Made by a program: the position numbers and the translations under genes
Notes under the pieces: generated by a model
Databases searched by the model: none
Told to the model about the DNA's origin: nothing
Seen by the model: the letters and a program-made list of their open reading frames with translations, nothing else
Shown: positions 53,315 to 64,000 of the stretch, piece after piece
Numbering within the stretch: the stretch's first letter is position 1
How the letters are laid out: each line of letters starts with the position of its first letter
Assembly (NCBI GenBank): GCA_951406725.2
Contig: OX597829.1
Coordinates: forward strand, 29,512,001 to 29,576,000
Source of the DNA: Octopus vulgaris
Taxonomy: Eukaryota
Reading direction: 5' to 3'
DNA: 64,000 bases

Positions 53315-55745
53315 GAGCCTTGGTCTAGAGGAATTGATGTCGTCAGGCGGTATCCAACGTTCATCAGGTGTTTTGACCCAGAACTGCAACACCCTCCCGT
53401 TGGTGGGTCAGCAGAGGTGACCAAGTCACTGCTCCTCATCTCCTCCTGGCTTCCAGCTTACCTCTTCTCTCTTACTCCAAAGCCAGTATGAGGCTCTTTC
53501 AATTGCCTCTCCCATCCTGTGCACAGTCACCCTTTGCTCCTTACCTCTCATTCCAATTGCTGTAAGCATCTTCTATGCCAAGTGAGCAAGGAATCCCCTA
53601 CAGTCATCCTTAATTGGGAAAAGCCATGTCTGCTATCCCTTCTCCCTGCAATCCTGCAGAAAGCTCTCATATCTAGCATGCTTCTGTTCATGGGCCTCAT
53701 CACACCCCTCTTCCCACAGTTCCATTATGATAATTTTCCTGGTCTTTTCAGACCACAGGACTACATCTGGCTTCAGGGTTGAATGGACAACCTGGGGAAA
53801 CTGCAATCTCTCCTTTAAGTCTACTTTCATATCCTGTGGTTGCACCAGCATAACTGGGAGGAGGGCACTTTTAAAGCAGCACTACTTTTGGCTTTGCTGT
53901 AAGCAATATGTACATTTTGTGGGGTCTGGGGTGGCACACACTCTAGCTACACCAGTACATGGTTGAGATCCTTGCAGCAAGCTATGTATTGTTTTTGCTA
54001 ACTTTACTGGTCTCTCTCCCTCTTTCAGAAACTTAATTACTGCTGTTGCCTTCCCTGGTGATGATGTTTCTTGTGCCTTTCCTGCTCCAGCGTATGAGCA
54101 AGTGTTACAAGTACCCGATCATGGCGCAATTTATATCTGCCTTGAGAAAGTGCTATTCTGCACTCTGCCAAGATTTGTGCCAGAGTGCCCCTTTCTCCAC
54201 AAAGTCTACACAGCTTGACTTCTCTCAAATCCCATCTGTGCAGGTCTGTTGGTGTCAGGAGTGTGTCATACACCACCTGCAGCAGGAAGATACAAAAAGG
54301 TTCCAGCCTCCACAGGCCAGTCTATGTGAGCTTCCACATAGGGAGATCCCATTTAGTCCATGCACCTCGAGATACCAACTCCACAGCTCTTGATTTTCTT
54401 CTTTCTTCCTCCTGGTACTGCATCGCTTTCTGGGTCATTGCAAGCCCTTCCCTGGTGTCTGTTTTCTTCCATTGTTGGAAATAGGAAGAACCAAGACCTT
54501 GGCGACCCTGCATGTAACTCTAATGATGTCACATCCCTTCAGCCTGAGTGACTGTGGTGCTAGCTTCCCACTTCCACCCAGATCTTGTAGTAATACCTGC
54601 ATGTTTAACAAGCTCACCCTTAGAGCCTCTGTACATCATTACAACATTACATTTTGCTACTTTAAATACTTCCACTATGGATGCCAGGGGAAGTTGTAGT
54701 TGTCCTGATCTTATGCACAGACCTATTGAAGTGAAGCTTGGAGAACACCTAGCCATCTTCAGAGGTTTTTATTTATGTTACTCTCCACCCTTTCCACACT
54801 TGTCATCAGAATACTAAACAGCATCAACAACCATATGAGTCTTGGGAGCAGTCCATGCTGATAGAACCATGCCCTGAACTTTCCTGGAAGCCCTGATCTA
54901 TCAATCCTCATCAGCCACTCCTCTGCTTGCTTCACAATGTTGGTGACATTGCTTCTGTCTGAGAGTGACTTGTAAATATCTTTCCAAGGCGTTTAAAGGA
55001 TTTTCCTCTACTGATGCATTTGCAGCCTGATTTTGTTGGTTACTTTGCCTCCTATTGATCACCATGTTCCTCAATTTTGGGGGCTTAAACCTCATTCTTG
55101 CCCATTTTGCCATGTGTTCTAGTGAAGTCAGCACTCTTTCTTCATCCACATGGGTTGCAGTTGTTACCATAATATCATCCATGAAGCCCCTTATACTGAC
55201 AGCTTCCTGATTCCATTGTTGGTCCTTGGGCTTCTCTATTGGCAATTGATATTAGGAGATTCATAACCATGATGAATAGAATGGGGGGAAATCGTGCACC
55301 CAGTTATGATTCCTTTTTTAAGGTCTTGTCACTGAGTTGTAAAATGGGTTATTCTGAAATATAACTGGATGCCTCCAAAATAACTGTTGATTATTCCCCT
55401 GATATGTGAGGGAACATGATTGCAGTCAAGGGTTGCATATATGAAGGCATGAAGAATTGATCTGTTTGCATTTTCTAGATTCAGCCAAAACCACTGACAG
55501 GTCACCTTTACTTTTCTTAGCCTCTTGAATCAACTGACTGAGAATTCCAGTGTGTTCCAGACATCCTGAGAACCCCACCTTTCTGGAAAGATGTGTTTAT
55601 ATACCCAGTCTCAGTCAGGTATGATGTGATCCTTTTGGCCAGTATAGAAAAGAAGATATTCTCTTCAACACTTAGGAGGGAGATGGTCCTGAACTGATTA
55701 ACGGCTGTGGAGTTTTCTTCTTTTGGCACAAGACATCCTTCCACC
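53315..55745 (-). mobile_element. Hero-clade (RLE) non-LTR retrotransposon, 5'-truncated and decayed
   Basis: RT: EGCLVPKEENS..NQFRTISLLSVE...QKGGV and RGFMDDIMVT. Zinc knuckle CRLCGERGTLAQILAEC..ALSQGRY..RHDRVL. RLE: LKPDVVLWSEK...WEEGCDEAHEQKHARY. Multiple frameshifts. Confidence 0.85.
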
Positions 55746-56739
55746 TTGAACTCAAGACAAAATCAAAATTGAAATGGTAAAAACATAATATGTCATTGTT
55801 CATTTATATGAATCTGATGTATTTTGCTTTGTTTAGAAGAGGAGAATATTGTTTTTGTTTTTTGGGAAAAAGAGGGAGAGAGAGAAAGAAAAGCAAAGAT
55901 GGGGAGAATAGACAGAGAGAGGTTTCAGGACAATCAAGAAAGAGAAAAAATAATAAAGGATGGGGAAAGGATAGAAAGATAGATAGATAGATAGAGAGAC
56001 AGAGAGAGAGCTTTCTTTTCTTTTTTTCTTTCCATTGTATACCTATCAACATATTTGTAAACAAACGCATTTTCTCACAAGGCCTGGTGACCTTTCAAAG
56101 ATGTCAATTTTAGTAAGTAGGATGGAAAAAATAAGAAAAGAGGGGAGGGTGCAGCCATCACTGAAAAATAAAAAAGAGTTCAAAGTTCAAAATCCTATGA
56201 AAATGTATATTTTTTTACACTTGTATTGTCAAGTCCAATATTTTGTGTAATTCCATGTTTTGCATGAACAAACATTAAATATTAGTACAATATTCATAAA
56301 TTCGGAAAATAAAGTCAGAATATAAAAAATTAATTTGGTATTGTTTATAATTCAATCTATTCTCTATTTACATATAATCAAACATCATAAAGGAGTTTTG
56401 TAATAGCATATATATTGTATATTTAGCTGGAAGTTCACTCTGTAGGATATAAATTATATAATAAAGTGGAGTCTGCTCGAATATATGTTTCATCCTTTCG
56501 TAGGATTTCTTTTTCTTTTTCTTGCTTGCTTGAATACGATGATTCAAAAGAGATATTTTCACAAATTACATTGCCAAGTAGCTACACTAGATATCTTTTT
56601 TTAATCAGTGGTATAATAGTTCTAGTATTCTCTCTTGGGCATATGTAAGTTCTATAAGAACAACAGTTTTTTTTATTAATATAACCAAAAATACATGTAA
56701 ACACAATGTTTTTAAAGTATCTATCTATTCCTCTCTCTC

Positions 56740-56784
<45 letters not shown>

Positions 56785-56859
56785 GTGCGCGCGCGTGCGT
56801 GTCTGTCTGTCTGTCTCGCTTTCTCTATTCCCCCCTCTCTCTCTCTATATATATATATA

Positions 56860-58655
56860 TATAAGATGTGGATGTGTGGTAAGAAGCTTGCTTCCCAACC
56901 ACATGGTTCTGGCCAAGCAAAGTCTTGTGAGTAGATTTGGTAGACAGAAACTGAAAGAAGCCTGTTGTACATTGAACCACAAAAGAAACATTTTACATTT
57001 TTATATGGTAAATTCTGAAAATTTATTTCGGGGCTGTTAGTGTAAATATTCCAAGATATGCTGGTTTATGGCTGAGACCCAAATTACAGGTAACCTTTCA
57101 ACTTACCCTGAAATGAGATACCAAAATGCAGCTGCATTGAATGCTGTGGGTTATGAAAACTGAAATACATGTGCATCTTGTGGAGGTTATGGGTACAAAA
57201 TTCAACCTGGACCATGTTCCTGGCATTCGTGATTTGGATGCATCAGGTATGATCCAATTTTCAGCAGCACAGAGAGAACAAGCTATTGGCTGATTGCAAG
57301 CAGGGCAGTGTGCTCTGGTTGTTGCAAAAGCTTATAGTGTCTATGTCAGCACCATCTACCGCCTGCAACAGCAATACAACAACACAAACAGCACTGCATA
57401 CTGTGCCCAAAGAGGGCACCCCCTGGGTGACCACGCCCAAGCAGGACTGCTTCATCCACCTGCAACACCTCCATGATCACTTGAGACTGACCAGCATGAT
57501 AGCTAGCAACACTGTTGGCACTGGACAGCGACCCATCAGTGACAATACAATGTTGACTGGCCGCCAACAACCTGCATTGCCTTTGTCCTGCTCGAGGGCA
57601 TGTCCTCACCACCTGCCACCATCAGGCACAACTACAGTGGGCTACACAGCACCTACATTGGTGGCATCAACAATGGAGGTCGATAGTCTTCTCCAACGAG
57701 AACTGGTACTGTGTTTCCACCTCAGATGGCAGAGTGAGGGTGTGGTGTAGGAGGGGTGAATGCTACAGAGATGCATGTATCATGGACAGGGACACGTGGG
57801 GTGGCAAAAGTATCATGGTTTGGGGTGCTATAAGCCTGAATTAGAGAAATGAGCCCCGTGTGTTCCAAAATGTTGGTGCTGGCAGAGGGAATGGTATCAC
57901 AGTGTAGCATTACATCACCATAGCCACGTGTTCCAGCAGGGCAATGCTCCCTCCCACACGGCCAGGGTCACCATGGACTTCCTACGTCAGCACAACATCA
58001 GAACCAAGCTGTGGGCAGCTCTCAGCCCAGATTTGAACCCAATTGAGTACCTGTTGGATGAGATCCAAGGCCGACAACTCGTGTGGAACTGGAGGTAGCT
58101 TTCCTCAGGGTGTGGGCATGGGTGCCAATGGGTTTTGTGGACTACCTCATGCACTCCATGTACTAATGGTGTTTGGCCGTTTCAAACATCCAGGGAGGGT
58201 ATACATGGAATTGAACATGTCACAAACTACAATTTCAATGTGCTGGACCTGCCCACAACAAGAACACATGACAACGACCTATAGACTGTGATCAAAGTGC
58301 ATCCACGAAATTGACTTTATCAGATTTATCAAAATTTATCTCTGACATAATGAAATTTAAACATATTTCACAGTCACACATGTCTTGCATTTCTTTTGTG
58401 GTTCAGTGTATATTTATATTTGTGTGTGTATGTCTTTGTGTCTGTGTTTGTCCCCCCACCATTACTTTACCACCAATGTTGGTATGTTTACGTCCATGTA
58501 ACTTAACAGTTTTGCAAAAAAGAGACTGATAAAATAAGTACCAGGCTGACAAATAATAAGTCCTGGGGTCAATTTCTTCGACTAAAACCCTTTAAGGTAG
58601 TGCTTCAGCATGGCTGCAGTCAAATGACAGAAAAGTGTAAAAGAATAAAAGAATA
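56860..58655 (+). mobile_element. SINE family A split by a Tc1 insertion
   Basis: 5' half (GTGGTAAGAAGCTTGCTTCCCAACCACATGG...GAAACTGAAAGAAGCC) at 56860-56968; 3' half at 58410-58655. Confidence 0.8.
56970..58408 (+). mobile_element. Tc1 (DD34E) transposon, full-length ends, decayed transposase
   Basis: TA|CATTGAACCACAAAAGAAA ... TTTCTTTTGTGGTTCAGTG|TA. Transposase starts at ATG 57249 (REQAIG*LQAG...STIYRLQQQY...VTTPKQD) and includes FQQGNAPSHTAR...WAALSPDLNPIEYLLDEI. Confidence 0.9.
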
Positions 58656-58959
58656 ATACACACACACAAACTCTTGAAAAAATTGGAGTTGGAGTTAGAC
58701 ATTTATCTTTTAATCACTACAATTGTTTCTGCACAACATAGTTCTCAGGTGTGCAGGTACTTGATTATGCAACTGTTTCCCTGCATTGTGAGATTAGATC
58801 TCATAATGCAGTGAGTGCATCTTTTTTCTCCCCCCTCACCCTCACCTCTCCCCCTTACCTCCCCCTCTTCCCTCATCTCCTCTGTCCATCTCCTCTCTCT
58901 ACACTACACCATACGACTTTACACATCACATCATATATATATATACACACGTCCAGACC

Positions 58960-59339
58960 TCTCATACGCACTAATACTCTCTCATACACACACACACACT
59001 CTTCTCATACACATATACACTCTATTATCCCTATTATCTCCCCTAATTTCGCTCTTGCGTCTCACGTTTGATCTTTGACTTCTGGCCGAAATCAGATCGC
59101 CATGTTGATTCGCTAGCCTCTGCACGCATATTTTTTTTCTCTCCTTCTTTCTGTGTTTTTTCTCTATGTATCTTTCTGTTGAAGAGCGTAGGCTCGAAAC
59201 ATTAAAGACTTGTTTTATTTATATTTCCTGAGCGCCATACTAATACAATTGTTTGTTTGTATTCCACCTGCCTTCATCTTTTGTTTATTTCCGTAAACCT
59301 GCCTTCGTCTTTTGTCTATTTTCATAAAGCTTCCCGTTA

Positions 59340-59340
<1 letters not shown>
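58960..59340 (+). mobile_element. Penelope-like pLTR fragment with minimal hammerhead variant (59171-59209)
   Basis: TCTTT-CTGTTGA-A-GAGC(GTAG)GCTC-GAAA-CATT-AAAGA; homologous to 29690-29860. Confidence 0.6.
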
Positions 59341-59390
<50 letters not shown>

Positions 59391-59397
59391 GTACATA

Positions 59398-59428
<31 letters not shown>

Positions 59429-59439
59429 ACATACACACA

Positions 59440-60345
59440 TGGGAAGAGGCAGGCTGCTCTTGTAGTGTGTACGATGACTGTCCAGTGTGAGGCTGAGGGA
59501 GTCATCTATGAAGCTGTGGTGACACCCAGGCCTAGTAACCACAGTAGGTAGTGACATCCAGGCCTAGGAGCAATGGATTGTCCAATAACAACCACAGTGA
59601 CAGCAGCCACAGCAGCATCACTGGACCTGCATGTCATAATGATAACAACACTGACCGTAGCCCCAGTAAAACTGGTGGCAAACAACAACATCCCCAGGCT
59701 CAGAGCCAACCAGAGATGCATGAGTAATATGAACACAGCCAACACCCAAGCCTGAAAATATATTGGATCAGCCAGTACAGCATTCAAATGACACTTTTAC
59801 AACCACAAGTCCTCCTTCAGGGTCCCAGAAAGATGATTTGTCACATCCCTGGCCAGCCACGTGCTGCATCTCAAAGATCAAGAGACCCCATACAATATCA
59901 AGTGGAAGAGCTTAGAATGACTGGGCCCCTACACCAACAGGAGCTAAGATACTCAAAGGCTCCCTGAGACCTGGGTTACTGAGTACTTGCCAAGAAATCT
60001 TCACACCATGTATCCATTTCAAGTGCTACCTGCTGCAAACATAGAATTCCCTGTTCACTGACCAAGCCCCGAAGAGTCCTTGCAATCCATTAACACACCA
60101 TGGGATAGGTCCCTTATTCCCCATCTCCAAATAGCTGGTCTGGGGGAGATAACACATCCTCACTATCACTGGACCTTTTATTCTCTGATGATTTTTTGAC
60201 CATTGACCATAACAACTTTCCACCTCCAAGAGGTGAAGAGTTAAATTTGTCTTCGGACTAGAATCTGATGAGTTGTCCACAAAGCTACGTCTTTCATGGA
60301 TGCGAAACCATTGATCACTCTATGACCAGACATTAACTTTATTAC
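59440..60345 (+). mobile_element. Penelope-like element 3' part: GIY-YIG endonuclease remnant plus hammerhead-bearing pLTR
   Basis: CSC....CPV...GVIYEAVVT ... KYIGSASTAFK*HFYNHKSSFR...TSLASHVLHLKD...YNIKWK...PY; hammerhead at 60259-60322 on the same strand. Confidence 0.8.
60259..60322 (+). ncRNA. Type I hammerhead ribozyme (GUC site changed to AUC)
   Basis: TAGAAT-CTGATGA-GTTGTCCA...TGGATGC-GAAA-CCATTGA-TC-ACTCTA. Confidence 0.7.
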
Positions 60346-60352
60346 TTTAATG

Positions 60353-60429
<77 letters not shown>

Positions 60430-60506
60430 TCAGTGTATCATATATCCAAAAAAGAAGCACACTCTAAAGTAATGTATTTATAAGTAGTTCAGTATATGTC
60501 CTGTCA

Positions 60507-60570
60507 TAGAGTGACCAATGGTTTTGCATCCATAAAGGGTTTAGCTCCACGGATGACTCATCAGACTCCA
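60507..60570 (-). ncRNA. Type I hammerhead ribozyme (G12A lesion), inverted homologue of 60259-60322
   Basis: TGGAGT-CTGATGA-GTCATCC...GGATGC-AAAA-CCATTGG-TC-ACTCTA. Confidence 0.7.
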
Positions 60571-60714
60571 AAGCCGAAGGTATATAATTTTTCATATAAT
60601 TATATGCCTCTAGCTTCAAAGTCTGATGTGTCATCCATTGGACTAAGCTCCATGGCTGGGAAACATATGACCAAACATATACTTAACTGCATATAAATAA
60701 TATATATATATATA

Positions 60715-61200
60715 CTACAAAATTAGAAAATGGAGAAACATACTTAAATCAATAAAACATCAACTATCAGATGATACCCAATCAATACTTTATTACACCA
60801 TTACATATCAGTAAAGGCATTATACAAAATATATAGTAAATATAAATAGACAAGGAAATAGGAATATAAAATATAAAATATAATATGTAATTATATCATA
60901 TCTGACAGCTGTTTCGGCAGTAAGGGCAGTCATACCTCATTTAACCTATAAGCCATAAAGGCAGGTATAAATGAGGCATTAACATATATATAAAATGTTA
61001 TAATGAAAGCCCTGTGAAATGCAGCTACCTAGGTTTCGTAACTGAAACATTAACATATTTCAGCATTTTTCAAGCTGAGAACAAGACCGTTTGTCAGTTG
61101 CTTTTAATGCTGATGACATTTGAACAGGGAGCACTCATAAGGAAGAAGACAGAGAGGAAAAAACAAGGGAGATAACCAACGTTACAATGAACCAGGAACA
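60715..61200 (-). mobile_element. Penelope-like/retrozyme-like fragment between TA tracts
   Basis: Minus strand has GAAACCTAGGTA and GAAACAGCTGTC (hammerhead 3' halves with palindromic stem III) and internal hairpins. Confidence 0.5.
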
Positions 61201-61729
61201 TATATATATACACACACACATACAGTTCTTTGTGTAAAATTTTTTAATAATTACCTTTGAAAACATTATCCAATATCTCTCAATAGTGATGCAGTACTAT
61301 GCGATGCTGAATATATATTGCTATTAATGTGTTTCAAAGGCCGACATTTCGCCCACGTGGACAACAGTTTATTGACTTGGCAAGCTGTCAGTCTCTTGAA
61401 ATACAAAGCAAATATTTTTACTACATCATCCTTTAACCAACTGGGTGTAGCAGCTAAATATCTTCTTTGACAAATTTTGAAATTTAGGCCCTGTGATTCT
61501 GTATAGTTACTTGGTCTACTCAATGTTGTTACTAAATTTCTAAACCAATAAACCATTATTTTCTTTAGAACAAGAATCACCTGAATTAGGTTGAATCTAT
61601 ATAATAGCCAAATCTAAGTCAACAAACATCCTATCATCTTAGATAATGGATCACATGAACCACTGAGAGAGCTTCCTTATGACCGACTCATTTTAAACTG
61701 CATAATTTATTTGCATTTTTAATTTTTTA

Positions 61730-61925
61730 TCTTTTATTTTCTTCAGTATTTAGCCTGCAGCCATGATGGGGTAATGCCTTGAAGAATTTTTAATTGAATG
61801 AATTGACCCCAGCACTTTTTTTTTCAAGCCAGGCCTTTTTCTATTGTTCTCTTTTTCCTGAACTGCTAAGTTCTGGGAATGTTAACACATAAACTCTGGT
61901 TGTTTAGTAGTGATGGTGAACAAAA
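61730..61925 (-). mobile_element. SINE family A, 3' half
   Basis: CTGCAGCCATGATGGGG...GACCCCAG...GAACTGCTAAGTT. Confidence 0.65.
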
Positions 61926-62589
61926 TCTTTTTCAATAAATTCTATACTGCTTTTAAATTAGAGTGGAGGGGAAGGCACATGAGTCAACATAGTGGCTCCT
62001 CAGTTGTCAGTCACTTGACCAGGTGAATGTAGTAGTCAAATTTCCCTCAATAAGCTTTCAACTACCTAAAAAATTAAAGATAGTGTGATGTCAGCCTGTG
62101 AGAAAGCTTCTACATAACAACCAAATCCCCATCACCTTTTAAACAAGACAGTTAAAACTGCCCCTGGTCTTGGAACAGAATGACCAACATCAAGGACAAG
62201 ACAGATACTGTTAAATCATCAATAGATCAATTAATCAATCAGCTACATCTGAGTTGAGAAAAGACATTTAAGAGCAACAACAACAACAGCAACAAGGACA
62301 AAAGCAATGATTATGGCAACAACAAACGTGCATAACCTTTTTCTTTCTTCCACCAAAACAGTTCTAATAGAGCTGGCTACTAGCCAAATGGATATATAAA
62401 TGAAACATCAGGAAAATGTCTAACTTATAAGAATAATTTAGCACTTTGGTTAACTTGTTTTGGCACCTCATTGTACATTAGACAAATTTGGCAATGTGCT
62501 ATTGATTTTTTTTACCTCTCTCTTTTTTTCCTTTTCTCTTTCTCTCTCTCCCTCTCTTTCTCTCTTGCTCTATCTCTCACTCTCTTCTT

Positions 62590-62807
62590 GTCATCATTAT
62601 CACCATCATTATGGGCAGCATCGACATCTTCATCATGGTCATTGTCATCATCATCATCATCATCATCATCTTCATCATCAACTTCATTATCATTCACCAC
62701 TGCTGCCACCACCGTCGCCACTGCTTCCACCACCACCAACACCACCACCACCACCGCCACCACCACCGCCACTGCCACCACCACCACAACCACCACCGCC
62801 GCCGCCA

Positions 62808-62839
<32 letters not shown>

Positions 62840-62890
62840 ACCACCATCGCCGCCACCGCCACTGCTGCCGCCGCCACCACCACCACCATC
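62590..62890. repeat. Compound (CAT)n/(CAC)n/(CCG)n trinucleotide repeat
   Basis: Directly visible; gives poly-Pro/His/Thr/Gly ORFs in several frames. Confidence 0.9.
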
Positions 62891-63367
62891 TTCTCTACTT
62901 ACATTCTCTAACCCCTCCGTTAATGTCACTAACATCATACCACAAACTACAATCATGGGGTGGGGAGGTGGTGGTATGGTGGGGATGATGATGATGATGA
63001 TGACAGCAATGATGATTAGTAGAAGTGGTGATGATGATAAAGAGAAAAATTTACCAATACTGTTTTGAAGTTAAATCCAAACTAGCGGAACCCCCCCCCC
63101 CCAAAAAAAAAAAAAATTAGGGGAATCTATTTAAGAAATAAAGGATGATTTGCATATTTTTATTGCATATAAATCTTGTTGTTGCCTGTGAAAAATATAT
63201 ACAATAACAATCTATGCAATACTTAATGCATGTATCATTTGTTAATACTTGATTCTATTGAAACTCCAAGACCAATATATAATTGCACATTCCTTATTAT
63301 GTAATATTTTATCATAATATACATTATATACAAGGAGAGTATTGCAGTTCACTTGAAGCATTGTGTA

Positions 63368-64000
63368 CAGTGATCCCTTGTTTATCATGGTAGATTGGTT
63401 CCAAGACTGGCCGTGGTAACTGAATTTCCATGAAGTAGGGACACCATATTTACAGTATTTATTTAACATGTATTTGGACTTTTAAAACCCTCCCTGTACT
63501 GTTAACAACCCACGCATTATGACAACTGTTAAGCAATAACACTTTAGATTTTAAAAATATTGTTACTGTACTCAACACGAAAGAAATTGAAGTAAAATTT
63601 GAACGATGATGGTGATGAATTTGCTGTGCAGTAGAAATGATGATGATGAAGCTGACGGTGGTGCCCTTTCCTGGGACACCTCTTCCACTTCCAAAGGTGC
63701 AGCCGTAGTAGTAGCAGCAGGAGCTGGCTCTTTTTTGCGAGGCTGCAAGAACATTGTGATAAGAAGTTGCTGCCACTACTTCTTTTTCCGTTCAAAGAGC
63801 ATCTTGTAGGGATTCATGACTTTGTCGACCTTGTTGCAAAATTGCACAGAATGAACCATATCGTCGTCTCATTCCTGTGACCCTTCTTTCAATTCTTTGG
63901 CCAGGTTGCAGAGCTTGGCCAGCCATTCCAAAGTCAAGCCAGTTTGGTCGACAACTTCTGTTTCTTGCTGCATTTCTTCTTCTTTGGATTTAATGAAAAA
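63368..64000 (-). mobile_element. Tigger/pogo DNA transposon, 3' part (runs off the window)
   Basis: TA|CAGTGATCCCTTG..TATCATGG terminus; minus-strand GLTLEWLAKLCNLAKELKE..*DDDMVHSVQFCNKVD..MNPYK..KKK*WQQLLITMFLQ resembles the Tigger transposase C-terminus. Confidence 0.8.

Noticed and set aside
61266-61580. 104-aa minus-strand ORF with a nearby GTAATT donor
   Set aside because: The frame stops before the donor and no homology is recognised; an exon here cannot be excluded.
62460-63068. Formin/extensin-like poly-Pro/His ORF
   Set aside because: Compound trinucleotide repeat open in five frames, with no flanking domain or splice support.

Overview
This is AT-rich, microsatellite-dense, CpG-depleted eukaryotic DNA. 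Its SINE, LINE and MITE repertoire looks like Octopus (coleoid cephalopod), by recognition rather than database search. Almost all listed ORFs are microsatellite artefacts. Real protein-derived sequence: (i) an intronless, 5'-truncated fatty-acid-synthase-type thioesterase domain (minus, 16922-17800) with an intact Ser/Asp/His triad and a single in-frame TAG; (ii) a probable terminal coding exon of an unidentified minus-strand gene (49655-49882); (iii) decayed transposons: mariner, Tc1, Tigger/pogo, Hero, CR1-group, RTE, two R4/Dong 3' fragments and a Penelope GIY-YIG fragment. Also present are several tRNA-derived SINE families (some in head-to-tail arrays), TTAA piggyBac-type MITEs, and about nine type I hammerhead-ribozyme motifs. 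The hammerheads include a near-intact one inside a 489-bp unit with terminal direct repeats (retrozyme/pLTR-like) and an inverted pair downstream of the Penelope endonuclease. Repeat boundaries are approximate.
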